A stretch of 64,000 nt of DNA, taken from the NCBI GenBank assembly GCA_043742825.1, contig JAYTXQ010000227.1, positions 963-64,962 of the forward strand, given 5' to 3'. Shown in pieces: positions 18,503-28,583 of this stretch; the first letter of the stretch is position 1, and each line of letters opens with the position of its first letter. The translations under genes were made by a program, and so were the position numbers. The notes below the pieces were generated by a model that searched no databases, was not told where the DNA came from, and was given only the letters and a program-made list of their open reading frames with translations. The stretch comes from Caulobacteraceae bacterium (lineage in GTDB: Bacteria; Pseudomonadota; Alphaproteobacteria; Caulobacterales; Caulobacteraceae).

Positions 18503-19297
18503 ATGACCCCCTCCCATGGGCGCAAGTGCATCTTCATAACCGGTGCAGCCTCAGGTATGGGCCGCGAGACTGCACGGCTGTTCGCCGGTGAGGGATGGTT
18601 CGTCGGCGGTGTGGACGTTAATCTTGCCGACCTGCAGGCCTTGCAGATCGAGCTGGGCCCAGAAAACCTGTTCGTCCGCAGTCTGGATGTAACCGATCGC
18701 GAGGCCTATGCGGCGGTCCTGACCGCGTTTTCCGAGGCAACAGGCGGCAAGCTCGATCTGTTGTTCAACAACGCCGGCATCGGCCGGGGCGGTCCCTTTG
18801 AAGACATGAGCTGGGACGACGTCATGGCTGTGATCAACGTCAATCTGATCGGCGTGCTGAGTGGTGTACACTTGGCCCTGCCCCTGTTGAAAGCGACACC
18901 TGGATCGTTGTGTTTTTCCACATCATCGTCATCGGCAACCTTTGGCATGGCCGGCATTGCGGTCTATTCGGCCACCAAACACGCGGTAAAAGGCTTCACC
19001 GAAGCTTTGTCGGTGGAGATGAAGGCCCATGGGGTGCGGGTGGCCGACACACTGCCTGGCCTGATCGACACCCCGATCCTGCCCGACGTGGCCAAAGCCC
19101 GGGCACCCGCGGAAGGCATGTGGCGGCTGATCCCTGCGGTTGAGGTGGCCAAGGCCGTCTGGGCCGCCTACCACAGCGATAAGATCCATTGGTATGTGCC
19201 GCCAGAACTGCATGCGTTTGACACTCTGGTCACGGCGTCCCCCGAACAGGTGCGCGATGCCATGGCGGCGGGAGAGTTTCTGAACTTTAGCGATTGA
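18503..19297 (+). CDS. SDR family oxidoreductase
   Basis: 264-aa ORF with TGAASGMGRETA (TGxxxGxG), NNAG, and the S...YSATK catalytic motif. Confidence 0.85.
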   Translation: MTPSHGRKCIFITGAASGMGRETARLFAGEGWFVGGVDVNLADLQALQIELGPENLFVRSLDVTDREAYAAVLTAFSEATGGKLDLLFNNAGIGRGGPFEDMSWDDVMAVINVNLIGVLSGVHLALPLLKATPGSLCFSTSSSSATFGMAGIAVYSATKHAVKGFTEALSVEMKAHGVRVADTLPGLIDTPILPDVAKARAPAEGMWRLIPAVEVAKAVWAAYHSDKIHWYVPPELHAFDTLVTASPEQVRDAMAAGEFLNFSD

Positions 19298-19348
19298 CCA
19301 GCGTGCGTGGGACCGTCACACGCGGCGAAATTTACGGGGCCTGTACCA

Positions 19349-20896
19349 ATGGATCGGTTACTCGAGCGTCTGGTTGATGCCGCCTATACCGGCATGACCG
19401 CCAGTGTCTGGGCGGACGTCAAGGGTGATCAGATTGCCATCTATGATCCCGTCGGCACTCGAACCTTTTTCGATGTCAATGCCAATACCAATCGCGTGGT
19501 CCGGCTCTTGCGCGTCCATGGTCTGGTGCCGGGCGACTCAGTGGCGCTGCTCTGCTCGAACCGGGCCGAATTCGTCGAGGTGTTCAGCGCCTGTCTGCGG
19601 GCTGGCTTTCGCGTCACCCCGGTCAACTGGCACCTGACAGCCGATGAAGTTGAATATATCATCAACGATTGCGAGGCGAAGGCTCTGATCGCCGAGACCC
19701 GCTACCCAGCAGCACTCTCCACAAAGGCGCCGGCACTGGCGGTCAGGATCAGTATCGGGCCCGACGCACCCGGCTTTATTTCCTATGCCGCCGCCATGGC
19801 AGAGCTGGACGGTGCCGACATTACCGACCCGCTGATGGGCGGGGCTATGCTCTATACTTCGGGGACCACGGGACGTCCCAAAGGCGTCTATCGCCCGGTG
19901 AATACCACGGTTCTACTGCCTGGCCCCGGCGAGGCGGATGACGTGCAGATGTGTGCAGGCCCTGCCTATCATGCCGCGCCTCTGGCCTTTGATGTGCGCA
20001 CGGCCATGGCGCAGGGCAGCCCCCTAGTATTTCTCGATAGATGGGACAGCGAAGGGGTCTTGCGGGCGATTGCCACGCACCGTGTCACCCGCGCGCACCT
20101 AGTGCCGATTATGTTCCAACGCCTTTTGGCTTTGCCGGACGAGGTAAAAGCCAGGCACGATATTTCCAGTCTGAGCTTCATCGTCCACGGGGCAGCGCCC
20201 TGCCCGCCAGAGGTGAAAAAGGCGATGATCGATTGGGTGGGACCGATCCTGCATGAGTATTATGCCGGGTCCGAAGGCGGGGCCGGCTTTATCGTCAGCT
20301 CGCAGGAGTGGCTGGCCAAACCAGGCACGGTGGGCCGCCTGCCTGCACCTGGCGCGATCCGGATTGTGGATGACGAGGGTCAGGACATCACCCAGCCCGG
20401 CCTTCCCGGCACGATCTATTTTCAGGTCTCACCGGTGAGCCCCTTCGAGTATTTCAAGGATCCGGCAAAGACGGCTGCGGCGCATCGGGGCGAGTATTTC
20501 ACCCTGGGCGATGTCGGTTATCTGGACGAAGACGAATATCTGTTTCTGACTGGACGCAGCGCCGAATGCATCATCTCCGGCGGAGTGAATATCTATCCCC
20601 AGGAGATCGATAACGAGATGATCAAACATCTTGCGGTTGAAGACAGTTGCGCCATTGGCGTCCCCAATGAGGAGTGGGGCGAAGAGGTCAAGGTGGTCAT
20701 CACCCTCAACCCCGGACACACCCCCAGCGACGCGCTTGCGGCCGAGATTATCGCTTTTTCCCGTTTACGTCTGGCCGGTTTCAAGGTGCCGCGCAGCCTG
20801 GAGTTTGTCGATGAACTGCCCCGCAGTCCCGCCGGTAAGATCCAACGCGGCAAGGTGCGGGCACCCTATTGGGCCGGTCGGGCCCGACAAATATGA
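19349..20896 (+). CDS. AMP-dependent acyl-CoA synthetase/ligase
   Basis: ORF 19307..20896; ATG 19349 preferred over GTG 19307. AMP-binding motif LYTSGTTGRPKGV, plus YFTLGDVGYLDEDEYLFLTGR and C-terminal PRSPAGKIQR. Confidence 0.85.
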   Translation: MDRLLERLVDAAYTGMTASVWADVKGDQIAIYDPVGTRTFFDVNANTNRVVRLLRVHGLVPGDSVALLCSNRAEFVEVFSACLRAGFRVTPVNWHLTADEVEYIINDCEAKALIAETRYPAALSTKAPALAVRISIGPDAPGFISYAAAMAELDGADITDPLMGGAMLYTSGTTGRPKGVYRPVNTTVLLPGPGEADDVQMCAGPAYHAAPLAFDVRTAMAQGSPLVFLDRWDSEGVLRAIATHRVTRAHLVPIMFQRLLALPDEVKARHDISSLSFIVHGAAPCPPEVKKAMIDWVGPILHEYYAGSEGGAGFIVSSQEWLAKPGTVGRLPAPGAIRIVDDEGQDITQPGLPGTIYFQVSPVSPFEYFKDPAKTAAAHRGEYFTLGDVGYLDEDEYLFLTGRSAECIISGGVNIYPQEIDNEMIKHLAVEDSCAIGVPNEEWGEEVKVVITLNPGHTPSDALAAEIIAFSRLRLAGFKVPRSLEFVDELPRSPAGKIQRGKVRAPYWAGRARQI

Positions 20897-20908
20897 CAAG
20901 GATATCGC

Positions 20909-21880
20909 ATGCAGACCACTAAGCTCGGCCCTCTCGATACTGTAAGTCGCCTGACACTCGGAGGCGGCGGTATTGGCCAAGGCTGGGGACCGACGAATCG
21001 CGATGAGGCGATCGCCACGTTGCACGAGGCTGTCGATGCCGGGATCAATCTGATCGATACCGCGCCGATGTACTGGAACTGCGAGGCGATTATCGGCGAG
21101 GCCTTTGACGGGGCTTTGCCGGCCGGCGTGCGCATCACCAGCAAGTGCCAACTGGGCACGCTGCCGGCCGCCGACGTCTATGAACGCCTGCAATCCTCGC
21201 TCGCGGCGTCTATGGCCGTGATGCGCGTCGAACACATCGATCTTTTCTTCCTGCATTCCAGTATCGCGCCCGACGACTATGCCTACGCCTTTGGCGATGC
21301 CCGCCAGGATGAGTTTTCCACGCGCTGGTCGCTCTACATCGATGCCGTAATCCCGGCGTTTGAGCGGTTGCAGGCGCAAGGGCGAATAGGGGCGTGGGGC
21401 ATTACCGGAATTGGGGTACCGCAAACCATTCTGACCGCCCTGGCCCATGAGCGCGCGCCCGCGGTGACCCAGGTGATCACCAATCTGCTCGATTCCGCCG
21501 GCGGTATCCGTCGCTTCGCCGAGCCCGCCCAACCACGGGCGATCCTGGCAGCTGCACAGGACCGGGGCGTCGGTATCATGGGCATTCGAGCGGTACAGGC
21601 CGGTGCACTGACCCGAGAGCTGGACCGGACGATCTCGCCAAATCATCCCGAAACTCAAGACTATCAGCGGGCAGCGCCGTTCCGTGCGCTTTGCGAAACC
21701 TGGGGTGAGGATCCGGCCATGGTTGCTCACCGCTATGCCCTGGGCCTGCCGGGCGTCGATACTCTGGTTCTGGGGGTAAAAAACCGCCATGAACTGCGGC
21801 AAGTTGTGGCGGCAGAAGCGGCTGGGCCATTGCCTTTAGATCAGGTGGCACAGATCGACAATCTAGGCTTGCGCACATGA
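20909..21880 (+). CDS. aldo/keto reductase
   Basis: 323-aa ORF with LTLGGGGIG...EAVDAGINLIDTAPMY. 4-nt overlap with the downstream SDR gene. Confidence 0.85.
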   Translation: MQTTKLGPLDTVSRLTLGGGGIGQGWGPTNRDEAIATLHEAVDAGINLIDTAPMYWNCEAIIGEAFDGALPAGVRITSKCQLGTLPAADVYERLQSSLAASMAVMRVEHIDLFFLHSSIAPDDYAYAFGDARQDEFSTRWSLYIDAVIPAFERLQAQGRIGAWGITGIGVPQTILTALAHERAPAVTQVITNLLDSAGGIRRFAEPAQPRAILAAAQDRGVGIMGIRAVQAGALTRELDRTISPNHPETQDYQRAAPFRALCETWGEDPAMVAHRYALGLPGVDTLVLGVKNRHELRQVVAAEAAGPLPLDQVAQIDNLGLRT

Positions 21881-22725
21881 AAAGTATTGTCGTCACCGGC
21901 GTTTCGACCGGTATAGGCGCCAGCGTAACCAAGATCATGATTGCCAAGGGTTTCCGCGTCTTTGGCAGCGTGCGCCGCGAGGCAGACGCCGACCGTCTGC
22001 GCCAGGAATTTGGCGAGGCCTTTGTACCCCTGATCTTTGATGTCACCGACCCGGCGGCGGTTAAGGCGGCGGCGGCAACGGTCCGCGAAGCCTTGGCCGG
22101 AGAGACCCTGGCAGGGCTGGTGAACAATGCCGGTATCGCGGTCACTGGGCCCCTGCTCGAACTGCCCATCGACCAATTTAGACTGCAGATCGAGGTCAAT
22201 CTGACCGGCGTTGTGATCACTACACAGGCCTTTGCACCGTTACTGGCCGCGACTGAGGGCCGAACTGGCAAGCCTGGCCGCATCGTCAACATCAGCTCCA
22301 TAGGTGCCCGTAATGGCGCGCCCTTCCTGGCCGGTTACACCGCCTCGAAAGCCGCCCTCGAAGGACTATCCGAAGCCTTGCGCCGCGAGTTATTGTTGTT
22401 CGGCGTCGATGTGATCGTGGTCGCACCAGGGTCAGTGGCCACAGCCATCTGGGAAAAGGCCAAGCCCGAAGATATCCTGCCCTACAAAGACACTCCCTAT
22501 TTCCCGGCCCTGCAAAATGTGCAGAATTTCGTCAACGACCAAGGCAACCGCGGCCTGCCACCCGAGCGTCTGGGCGAGGCGGTCGCCAAGGCCCTGACCA
22601 CGGCCCGACCCAAGGTGCATTACACTGTCGCCCCCGACCCAATCCTGACCTTCTTTCTGGCCAATCTGCCGCGCCGACTGGTGGACCAGCTGTTGGGGCG
22701 GCGGCTGGGGTTATTGCCGAAGTAA
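21877..22725 (+). CDS. SDR family oxidoreductase
   Basis: 282-aa ORF with VVTGVSTGIGAS, NNAG, and the S...YTASK motif. Confidence 0.85.
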   Translation: MKSIVVTGVSTGIGASVTKIMIAKGFRVFGSVRREADADRLRQEFGEAFVPLIFDVTDPAAVKAAAATVREALAGETLAGLVNNAGIAVTGPLLELPIDQFRLQIEVNLTGVVITTQAFAPLLAATEGRTGKPGRIVNISSIGARNGAPFLAGYTASKAALEGLSEALRRELLLFGVDVIVVAPGSVATAIWEKAKPEDILPYKDTPYFPALQNVQNFVNDQGNRGLPPERLGEAVAKALTTARPKVHYTVAPDPILTFFLANLPRRLVDQLLGRRLGLLPK

Positions 22726-22782
22726 GGGTTGGAGAATGTTGAAACCGTTGCGCGCCCGACAGATTTGTAGTAACACTTATTT

Positions 22783-23088
22783 ATGAGAATTCGGTTCGAA
22801 TGGGATTCCGTAAAGGCGACGTTTAACCAAAGAAAACATGGAATTAGCTTCGATATTGCGATTCGCGCCTTCGCCGACCCTTTCGCACTGACCGATCAGG
22901 ATCGCATCGCCGGCGGGGAATTCCGTTGGCGCACTTTGGGCACTGTCGACGGCCATCTGGTGTTGCTGGTAGCCCACGCCCTTTGGGACCAAGACGATGA
23001 AGAGGGGCCCATCGAAGTCGTGCGCATAATCTCGGCCCGCAGGGCCGATCGAGCAGAAAGGAAGCGCTATGAAAACGAACACCGTTAG
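22783..23088 (+). CDS. brnT: BrnT-family (DUF497) type II toxin
   Basis: 101 aa. FEWDSVKATFNQRKHGISFDIAIRAFADPF...RIISARRA is the BrnT ribonuclease-toxin pattern. Toxin-first order and a 20-nt overlap with brnA. Confidence 0.85.
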   Translation: MRIRFEWDSVKATFNQRKHGISFDIAIRAFADPFALTDQDRIAGGEFRWRTLGTVDGHLVLLVAHALWDQDDEEGPIEVVRIISARRADRAERKRYENEHR

Positions 23089-23392
23089 ACGAAACCTCGA
23101 TCTTGCCGATCTGGCGCCGCTGAGCGCCAAACAGATAGCAGACCTCGCCGCGCTTGCCGGTCAACCCGACAGCGAGATCGACTACAGCGATATACCTCGA
23201 CTGACCGAAGCGTTCTGGACTGGCACCAAGCGCGGCCATTTTTACAGGCCGAGCAAGACCTCGACCACCGTGCGCATCGACTCCGACATCCTGGCCTGGC
23301 TACGCGCTCAGGGTAGGGGGTATCAGACACGCATCAACGCCATATTGCGCCGGGAGATGCTAAGCGCGGGCCGGGGGGTAGCAGAGGAATAG
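23069..23392 (+). CDS. brnA: BrnA-family antitoxin
   Basis: 107 aa. IDYSDIPRLTEAFW...TTVRIDSDILAWLRAQGRGYQTRINAILRREM is the BrnA pattern. Confidence 0.8.
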   Translation: MKTNTVRRNLDLADLAPLSAKQIADLAALAGQPDSEIDYSDIPRLTEAFWTGTKRGHFYRPSKTSTTVRIDSDILAWLRAQGRGYQTRINAILRREMLSAGRGVAEE

Positions 23393-23504
23393 CTTGTCGC
23401 ATTGAAGTCGGCCAAACGGAGACGCCCTGGAACGGGACGAAATGCGGTTCCTCTAGCCCCAGAGAAATGCTAGCGACGCAAAGAAAATTTAAGGGAAATC
23501 GAAA

Positions 23505-24680
23505 ATGCTGTCGGCGATCATTGCTGCTGTTGCTGTCGCGGCCGCGCCTCAGCCTTCCATCGCAGTCGGAAAATATGGTCAGACGCCTGCTTCGACGACG
23601 GACGCCATCTGGCTGCAGGTTCCCAGTGATGCCCAGGTAGAGGCCGCTTGGCCTGGCATCGCAAAACGTTTGCATGTGAGTGGTGCGGCAACACTAGACT
23701 GCGCCGTGGGCGAGGATGGTAAACTCACTCAGTGCACGGTATTCGCGGAAACTCCGGCAGGCTCTGGCTTCGGCGCAGCCGCAACTGTCCTGGCTACCGG
23801 TTATGTGGCGCAACCCGGCCTCGTCAAGCCTGGACCGATACGCCCGCGTGTCAACATACCGATCATATTTCAATTTCCTGGTTCCAACTATACGGGAGCC
23901 CAGACGATTAGAGATCGTATCACTGCTGTTATGAACCCCCCAGGGGCCTCGATGCCTCGGGACCAAGAGGCACTGAATCTTCTATTGCAAAAGGAAGACT
24001 ATCACGCTTTGGGCCGAAAACTTGCCTTAGTGAATGATGGCAATCAGGTTGGGCTTGACATGAACTGGGAGCGATCAAAGCACGCCGACGGAGCCGGTTT
24101 GGCTGTCGCTCTCCTCTATGTCACTGACCTCTGGCGATTAGGGTCCGCTATACCCGGCGCGACGGGCGACAGTCTGAAACAAACGGCAGCGGCATTCGGC
24201 CTTTATGCCTACGAATTGATCGCCATTGACGGAACACGCTGTGAAGACTCCTCCGCCCCCAGCCATCATCTAGACCAGCTAGTGTTCAGTCGCCATACTC
24301 TTTGGGTGTATGCGCTCAGCTTGCCCGAGTCAGATCGGGCGAAGCTATGGAATCTGGCCTTAACGATTGAACAGGGCACTCAATCGGTCCGAAGAGAGGA
24401 CAAATACCTTTGCAGCGGCGGCCTAGATGAAATGAACGCCTCTTTTGCAGCTTTGGGCAATAAACCGTTGACCCTGGCCCCGATCCCGCCAAGTCCAGGT
24501 CAGCTTCTGGGTCACCAGTATGTCGTCACGCCACCGGCAAATTTCCAGCCCGGCTTCCTCAAGCCTGAACTGTGGCGCGCCAAACAGGATGAACTGCGCA
24601 AACAGATGCCGACTATCCTCAAGCGACTTCTCACTGCACCCCCGGCACCTCCGACACTGATCGCCCCAAACGGAAAATAA
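23505..24680 (+). CDS. hypothetical protein with N-terminal TonB-C-like domain fused to an unknown ~260-aa helical domain
   Basis: Residues ~35-120, WLQVPSDAQVEAAWPGIAKRLHVSGAATLDCAVGEDGKLTQCTVFAETPAGSGFGAAATVLA...IPIIFQF, fit the TonB C-terminal domain pattern (YP..A....G.v.l.C.v...G.l..C.v..e.P.g.GFg.AA). I do not recognise the rest. The gene is visibly more A/T-rich than its neighbours. Confidence 0.55.
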   Translation: MLSAIIAAVAVAAAPQPSIAVGKYGQTPASTTDAIWLQVPSDAQVEAAWPGIAKRLHVSGAATLDCAVGEDGKLTQCTVFAETPAGSGFGAAATVLATGYVAQPGLVKPGPIRPRVNIPIIFQFPGSNYTGAQTIRDRITAVMNPPGASMPRDQEALNLLLQKEDYHALGRKLALVNDGNQVGLDMNWERSKHADGAGLAVALLYVTDLWRLGSAIPGATGDSLKQTAAAFGLYAYELIAIDGTRCEDSSAPSHHLDQLVFSRHTLWVYALSLPESDRAKLWNLALTIEQGTQSVRREDKYLCSGGLDEMNASFAALGNKPLTLAPIPPSPGQLLGHQYVVTPPANFQPGFLKPELWRAKQDELRKQMPTILKRLLTAPPAPPTLIAPNGK

Positions 24681-24694
24681 ACAGGTGTTTCTCT

Positions 24695-25468
24695 CTACGC
24701 CAGCCCCCTAATCGCTTCGGCCACCGCCGCCGGCTGTTCCAGCGTGACCATGTGCCCCGCCTCCGGCACCATCACCGGTTTCGCCCCCGCAATGGCGGCA
24801 GCGAACGCCGCAGCATAGACTGGCGGGATCATTCGATCACTTTCGCCCCAGATGACGACCGTCGGGACCTTGATGCGGTAGAGGCGGCTGATCAGGCCGC
24901 GCTCAGGGATGGGGAACATGAGCTTGCCAGCCATGCCCAGTTGCCGGGCGTTGCGCACCAGGTAGGTTTTCAGAAACTCCGGATCACTCATGTTCAGGCC
25001 CGCCGTCATCAGCGCGGTCCCGGCGGCGACATCATGAAATAGCATCGCTGGAAGCTCATAGGGCAGTAAGATGAACATATCGGGGATCGGGTGATCATCT
25101 AGCCACAGGCCGGCCGGGGCGATCAGGACCAGACCGGCCAGATCATTGGGGGCCACAGCGGCCATTTCCGCCGCGATCATGCCGCCCATGGCCTCGCCAA
25201 CGATCATCGGTTTTTTGATGCCGAGCGCATCGACGACATCCCAGGTGTGCAAAGTATAGTCGAGCATGTCGCGCAGCTGCGGACAATCCTCGGTCTCGCC
25301 GTAACCGGGCAGATACGGCGCGATCACCGTGTGGGTTTCGGCGAGGCTAGACAGGAGCGCGTCCGGCATAATCCCCCCCGCCCCATGCAGATAGACAAGC
25401 GGTGGGCCGCTACCTGCCTCGCGATAAGGCACGTCGGCAGCCTGGGTTTTGACGGTCTTGAGTTCCAT
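24695..25468 (-). CDS. alpha/beta hydrolase
   Basis: 257 aa. Oxyanion HGAGG, nucleophile elbow GEAMGG, and C-terminal EAGHMV. Confidence 0.8.
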   Translation of the reverse strand: MELKTVKTQAADVPYREAGSGPPLVYLHGAGGIMPDALLSSLAETHTVIAPYLPGYGETEDCPQLRDMLDYTLHTWDVVDALGIKKPMIVGEAMGGMIAAEMAAVAPNDLAGLVLIAPAGLWLDDHPIPDMFILLPYELPAMLFHDVAAGTALMTAGLNMSDPEFLKTYLVRNARQLGMAGKLMFPIPERGLISRLYRIKVPTVVIWGESDRMIPPVYAAAFAAAIAGAKPVMVPEAGHMVTLEQPAAVAEAIRGLA

Positions 25469-25479
25469 ACTACGGCTCC

Positions 25480-26742
25480 CTAGGCGGTTTCAGCGACGGG
25501 CGGCACATAGGCACCAGGCAGGGCACCGGGTTTAGCCAGAGTCTTCAAGGGATGGGCCCAGAACCTCTCGTCGCCGTCGCATTCCGGAAGAAGGCCGCGC
25601 AGCTTCGGCATGACCTTCTCGGCAAACAGCCGTGTGGAATACATGCACTTGTCGGCGGGCATATTGCCCACATGCATCAGACAAAAGATGTGCCCGACGT
25701 TCAGGCCCTTGATCAGGTCTTCCATGCGGTGGCGCACCGTCTCCGGTGATCCGGCAATGACGTGGCCGCCGTCTACCAGATCCTTCCAGGTCAGTTGCGT
25801 GTAGCCCCCGACGGGCGGTGCATATTGCGACAGGGCCCCTGTCTGGATGGTCTTAATCGTCCGATAGCCCGGCGCATCAGCGAATCCCGGAAAGACGTGC
25901 AGGCAACGGTTGTAGAAATACAGCACATGCTCCGAGTACAGACGTTCAGCCTCTTCGTCGGATTCGGCGACGCAGATGGTCTGGGCGAAACCCGCGCGAT
26001 AGGGCGAGGTATCCGGGGCATTCCGCTCTTCCACCCGGTCCCAATAGCCCTGCATCAGGGTCTTGGCCCGTAAGTAACCGGAAAAGCTGAGGTAGGAATA
26101 GGAATACGTATTGTCGATGCAGAAGTCATAGGTCTCCACCGAGCCGCCACCGGGGATGTGGATGGGAGGATGCGGCTGTTGGATCGGGCGCGGCCAGATA
26201 TTGACGTGGCGCAGCTTATTGTAGCGACCGTTGAAGGCAAAGGGTTCGCGTTTCGTCCACGCCTTGATGATCAGATCATGCGCCTCGGCATATTTTTCCC
26301 GTGTCAGGGCCGGTATCTGGCCGTAGCAATAGTTGGTGTCCATGGAGGTGCCAACGGGAAACCCTGCTACCAAGCGGCCCCCGGAAATGCAATCCAGCAT
26401 GGCGAATTCCTCAGCCACCCGCACCGGCGGATTGTACAGGGCGATGGAATTTCCCAGCACAACCAGGGCGGCATTCTTGGTCCGTCTGGCGAGGCCGGCG
26501 GCGATGATGTTGGGCGAGGGCATAATACCATAGCCGTTCTGGTGATGCTCATTCACCCCGATGCCGTCGAACCCCAGGGTATCGGCATATTCGAGCATGT
26601 CCATATAGGTGTTGTAAACCTCATGGCTCTTCACCGGATCAAACAGCTTTTGATCGATGTCCACCCAAACCGAGCGGTTCGTCTGACGGAAATCATCCGG
26701 CAGATACGGCCAGGGCATCAGATTGAACCAGGTAAACTTCAT
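25480..26742 (-). CDS. LLM-class (luciferase-like) flavin-dependent oxidoreductase
   Basis: 420 aa. MKFTWFNLMPWPY...LGFDGIGVNEHHQNGYG is the luciferase-like monooxygenase signature. Confidence 0.85.
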   Translation of the reverse strand: MKFTWFNLMPWPYLPDDFRQTNRSVWVDIDQKLFDPVKSHEVYNTYMDMLEYADTLGFDGIGVNEHHQNGYGIMPSPNIIAAGLARRTKNAALVVLGNSIALYNPPVRVAEEFAMLDCISGGRLVAGFPVGTSMDTNYCYGQIPALTREKYAEAHDLIIKAWTKREPFAFNGRYNKLRHVNIWPRPIQQPHPPIHIPGGGSVETYDFCIDNTYSYSYLSFSGYLRAKTLMQGYWDRVEERNAPDTSPYRAGFAQTICVAESDEEAERLYSEHVLYFYNRCLHVFPGFADAPGYRTIKTIQTGALSQYAPPVGGYTQLTWKDLVDGGHVIAGSPETVRHRMEDLIKGLNVGHIFCLMHVGNMPADKCMYSTRLFAEKVMPKLRGLLPECDGDERFWAHPLKTLAKPGALPGAYVPPVAETA

Positions 26743-27053
26743 GGCGCGTCATCTCCAGTCGCTGCTGATCACATAGGGGAACCGACCGGTCGCAGCTTAC
26801 ACGTCAACCTAGGTCACGACCGGTCCAGCGCGCAACAGCACGCGGTGCATATTTCAAACATTTGTTCGATGGCGGCGACAGAGAGGTTTCAGGTGCGCAT
26901 CAACAGCGATCAGAGAGGCCAGGCCAATCGTTCGGCACGCACTGGTTGATTCCATTCTCAAGACTGAGGCGCACCATGGCATGTTGCAACTGAGACGGGA
27001 TCATCCCAGACTACCTGCTCAAAGGGTGCTGCGGTCCCGCCGCCCTGGGGAAT

Positions 27054-28574
27054 TTGCACCGCATGCCGCAGCCTCCAGGCGATCACCAGGAAGATCTGCA
27101 ACGGCTGCACAGCCTGGGCTATGCCCAGGAGCTTTCGCGCAGCATGGGCCTGTTTTCGAATTTTGCCATTTCGTTCTCGATCATCTGCATCCTGTCCGGT
27201 GGGGTCAATTCCCTGGCCCAGGCGATCAGTGGCGTTGGCGGCGCGGGAGTGGGAATCGGCTGGCTGGTCGGCGGCGCAGCGGCCATGCTTTTTGCCCTCG
27301 CCATGGCCCAGATCGCCTCAGCCTTTCCCACCGCCGGCGGGCTTTACCACTGGAGCTCGATGCTCGGGGGCAGGTTCTGGGGTTGGTTGACGGCCTGGTT
27401 TAACCTGCTGGGCCTGATCACGGTCCTGGCGGCGATCAACGTCGGCACCTTTCTGTTTTTCGTCGGCGCGTTTGGTAAAATCCTGGGAATCACCGGGGGT
27501 TATGCCTCGCAGCTGATCTTTATGATCGTGGTGACCTGCGGCCAGGCTTTGATCAATCATCTGGGCATCCGCCTGACCTCGAAACTGACCGATCTTTCGG
27601 GCTATCTGATCCTGTTTGCCGCCGTGGTCCTGACGGTCAGCCTGCTCGCCTTTGCGCCAAGCCACGACATTAGCCGTCTTTGGACCTTCACCAATTTCAG
27701 CGGTGCGGCGGGCGGAGACGTCTGGCCCCGATCTGGGTCCATGGGCCTGGTTTTTCTCCTAGGACTGTTCCTGCCGATCTATACCCTTACCGGCTATGAC
27801 GCCTCGGCCCATACTGCCGAAGAGACCGTGGCCGCCGCGCACCGCGTGCCCCGGGGCATTATCCACGCCGTATTCTGGGCCAGCCTGTTTGCCTGGATAT
27901 TTTCCTGCGCCTTCGTCATGGCAATCCCCGACATGACACGCGCTGCGGCGCAAGGCTGGAATGTCTTCTTCTTTGTCATGGACGCCGTGATCCCGGCCCC
28001 CCTCAAGCTGGCCCTTTATGCTGCGATCTTCGTCGCCCAGTTGCTCTGCGGTCTGGCGACCGTGACATCCGCCTCCCGCATGACCTACGCCTTTGCGCGA
28101 GACGATGGCCTGCCCTTCTCCGCCGCCCTTAAGTAGGTCAGCCCGCGCCGGCGCGCGCCCGCCGCCGCCATCTGGACTACAGCGGTGATCGCGGTGGCCT
28201 TCACCGCCTATGCCCGGGCCTATACGACAGTGGTGTCGGTCACCTCGATCGCCCTGTATGTCTCCTACGCTATGCCCATTGCCGCCGGCCTTTTTGCCTA
28301 CGGCAGAACCTGGACTCAGATGGGCCCCTGGGACATGGGCCCCGCCTTCAGGATCGTTGCTGCCCTTTGTATACTGGTCGCCGGCGTGATTTTTTATATC
28401 GGCGTACAGCCGCCCAATGAGCTGGCTCTGAAGGTGCTGATGGTCATTGGCGGGGTGACCCTCGCCGCCTGGTTCGGCCTGGAGTCGCGCCGATTCAAAG
28501 GCCCCCCGACAGGGAGCCGGATCGGCGACCGCGCGGCCCAGATTGCGGCTGCAGAAGCCGAATTGAACATCTAA
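27054..28574 (+). pseudogene. APC-family amino-acid/amine permease interrupted by one in-frame TAG (28134-28136)
   Basis: ORFs 27054..28136 and 28185..28574 are in the same frame. The read-through is ...DDGLPFSAALK*VSPRRRAPAAAIWTTAVIAVAF..., which continues the permease without a gap. About 12 TM segments overall. Confidence 0.75.
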
Positions 28575-28583
28575 GGTTGAAGC

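Noticed and set aside
20765-21802. Long antisense ORFs: 20765..21802 (-), 10904..11914 (+), 26158..26949 (+), 42837..43802 (-), 51257..51973 (-), 53124..53834 (-), 21576..22301 (-), 46651..47268 (-).
   Set aside because: Each lies opposite a gene with clear family motifs. They are Arg/Gly/Pro/Ala-rich with no recognisable domains, which is typical of shadow ORFs in high-GC DNA.
28134-28136. All four in-frame stops that break otherwise good genes in this window are TAG: the permease at 28134, the STING-like gene at 55630, and the RAYT relic at 31656 and 31758. Could TAG be recoded or suppressed?
   Set aside because: TAG is also the normal terminator of several intact genes here (for example 248-250, 1524-1526, 59868-59870 and 61643-61645). 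In a high-GC genome, single transitions CAG>TAG and TGG>TAG are the most likely nonsense changes, and two of the four sites clearly replace Gln and Trp. Ordinary pseudogenisation or sequencing error is the simpler explanation. tRNA(CUA) or pyl genes would have to be found elsewhere to revive the idea.
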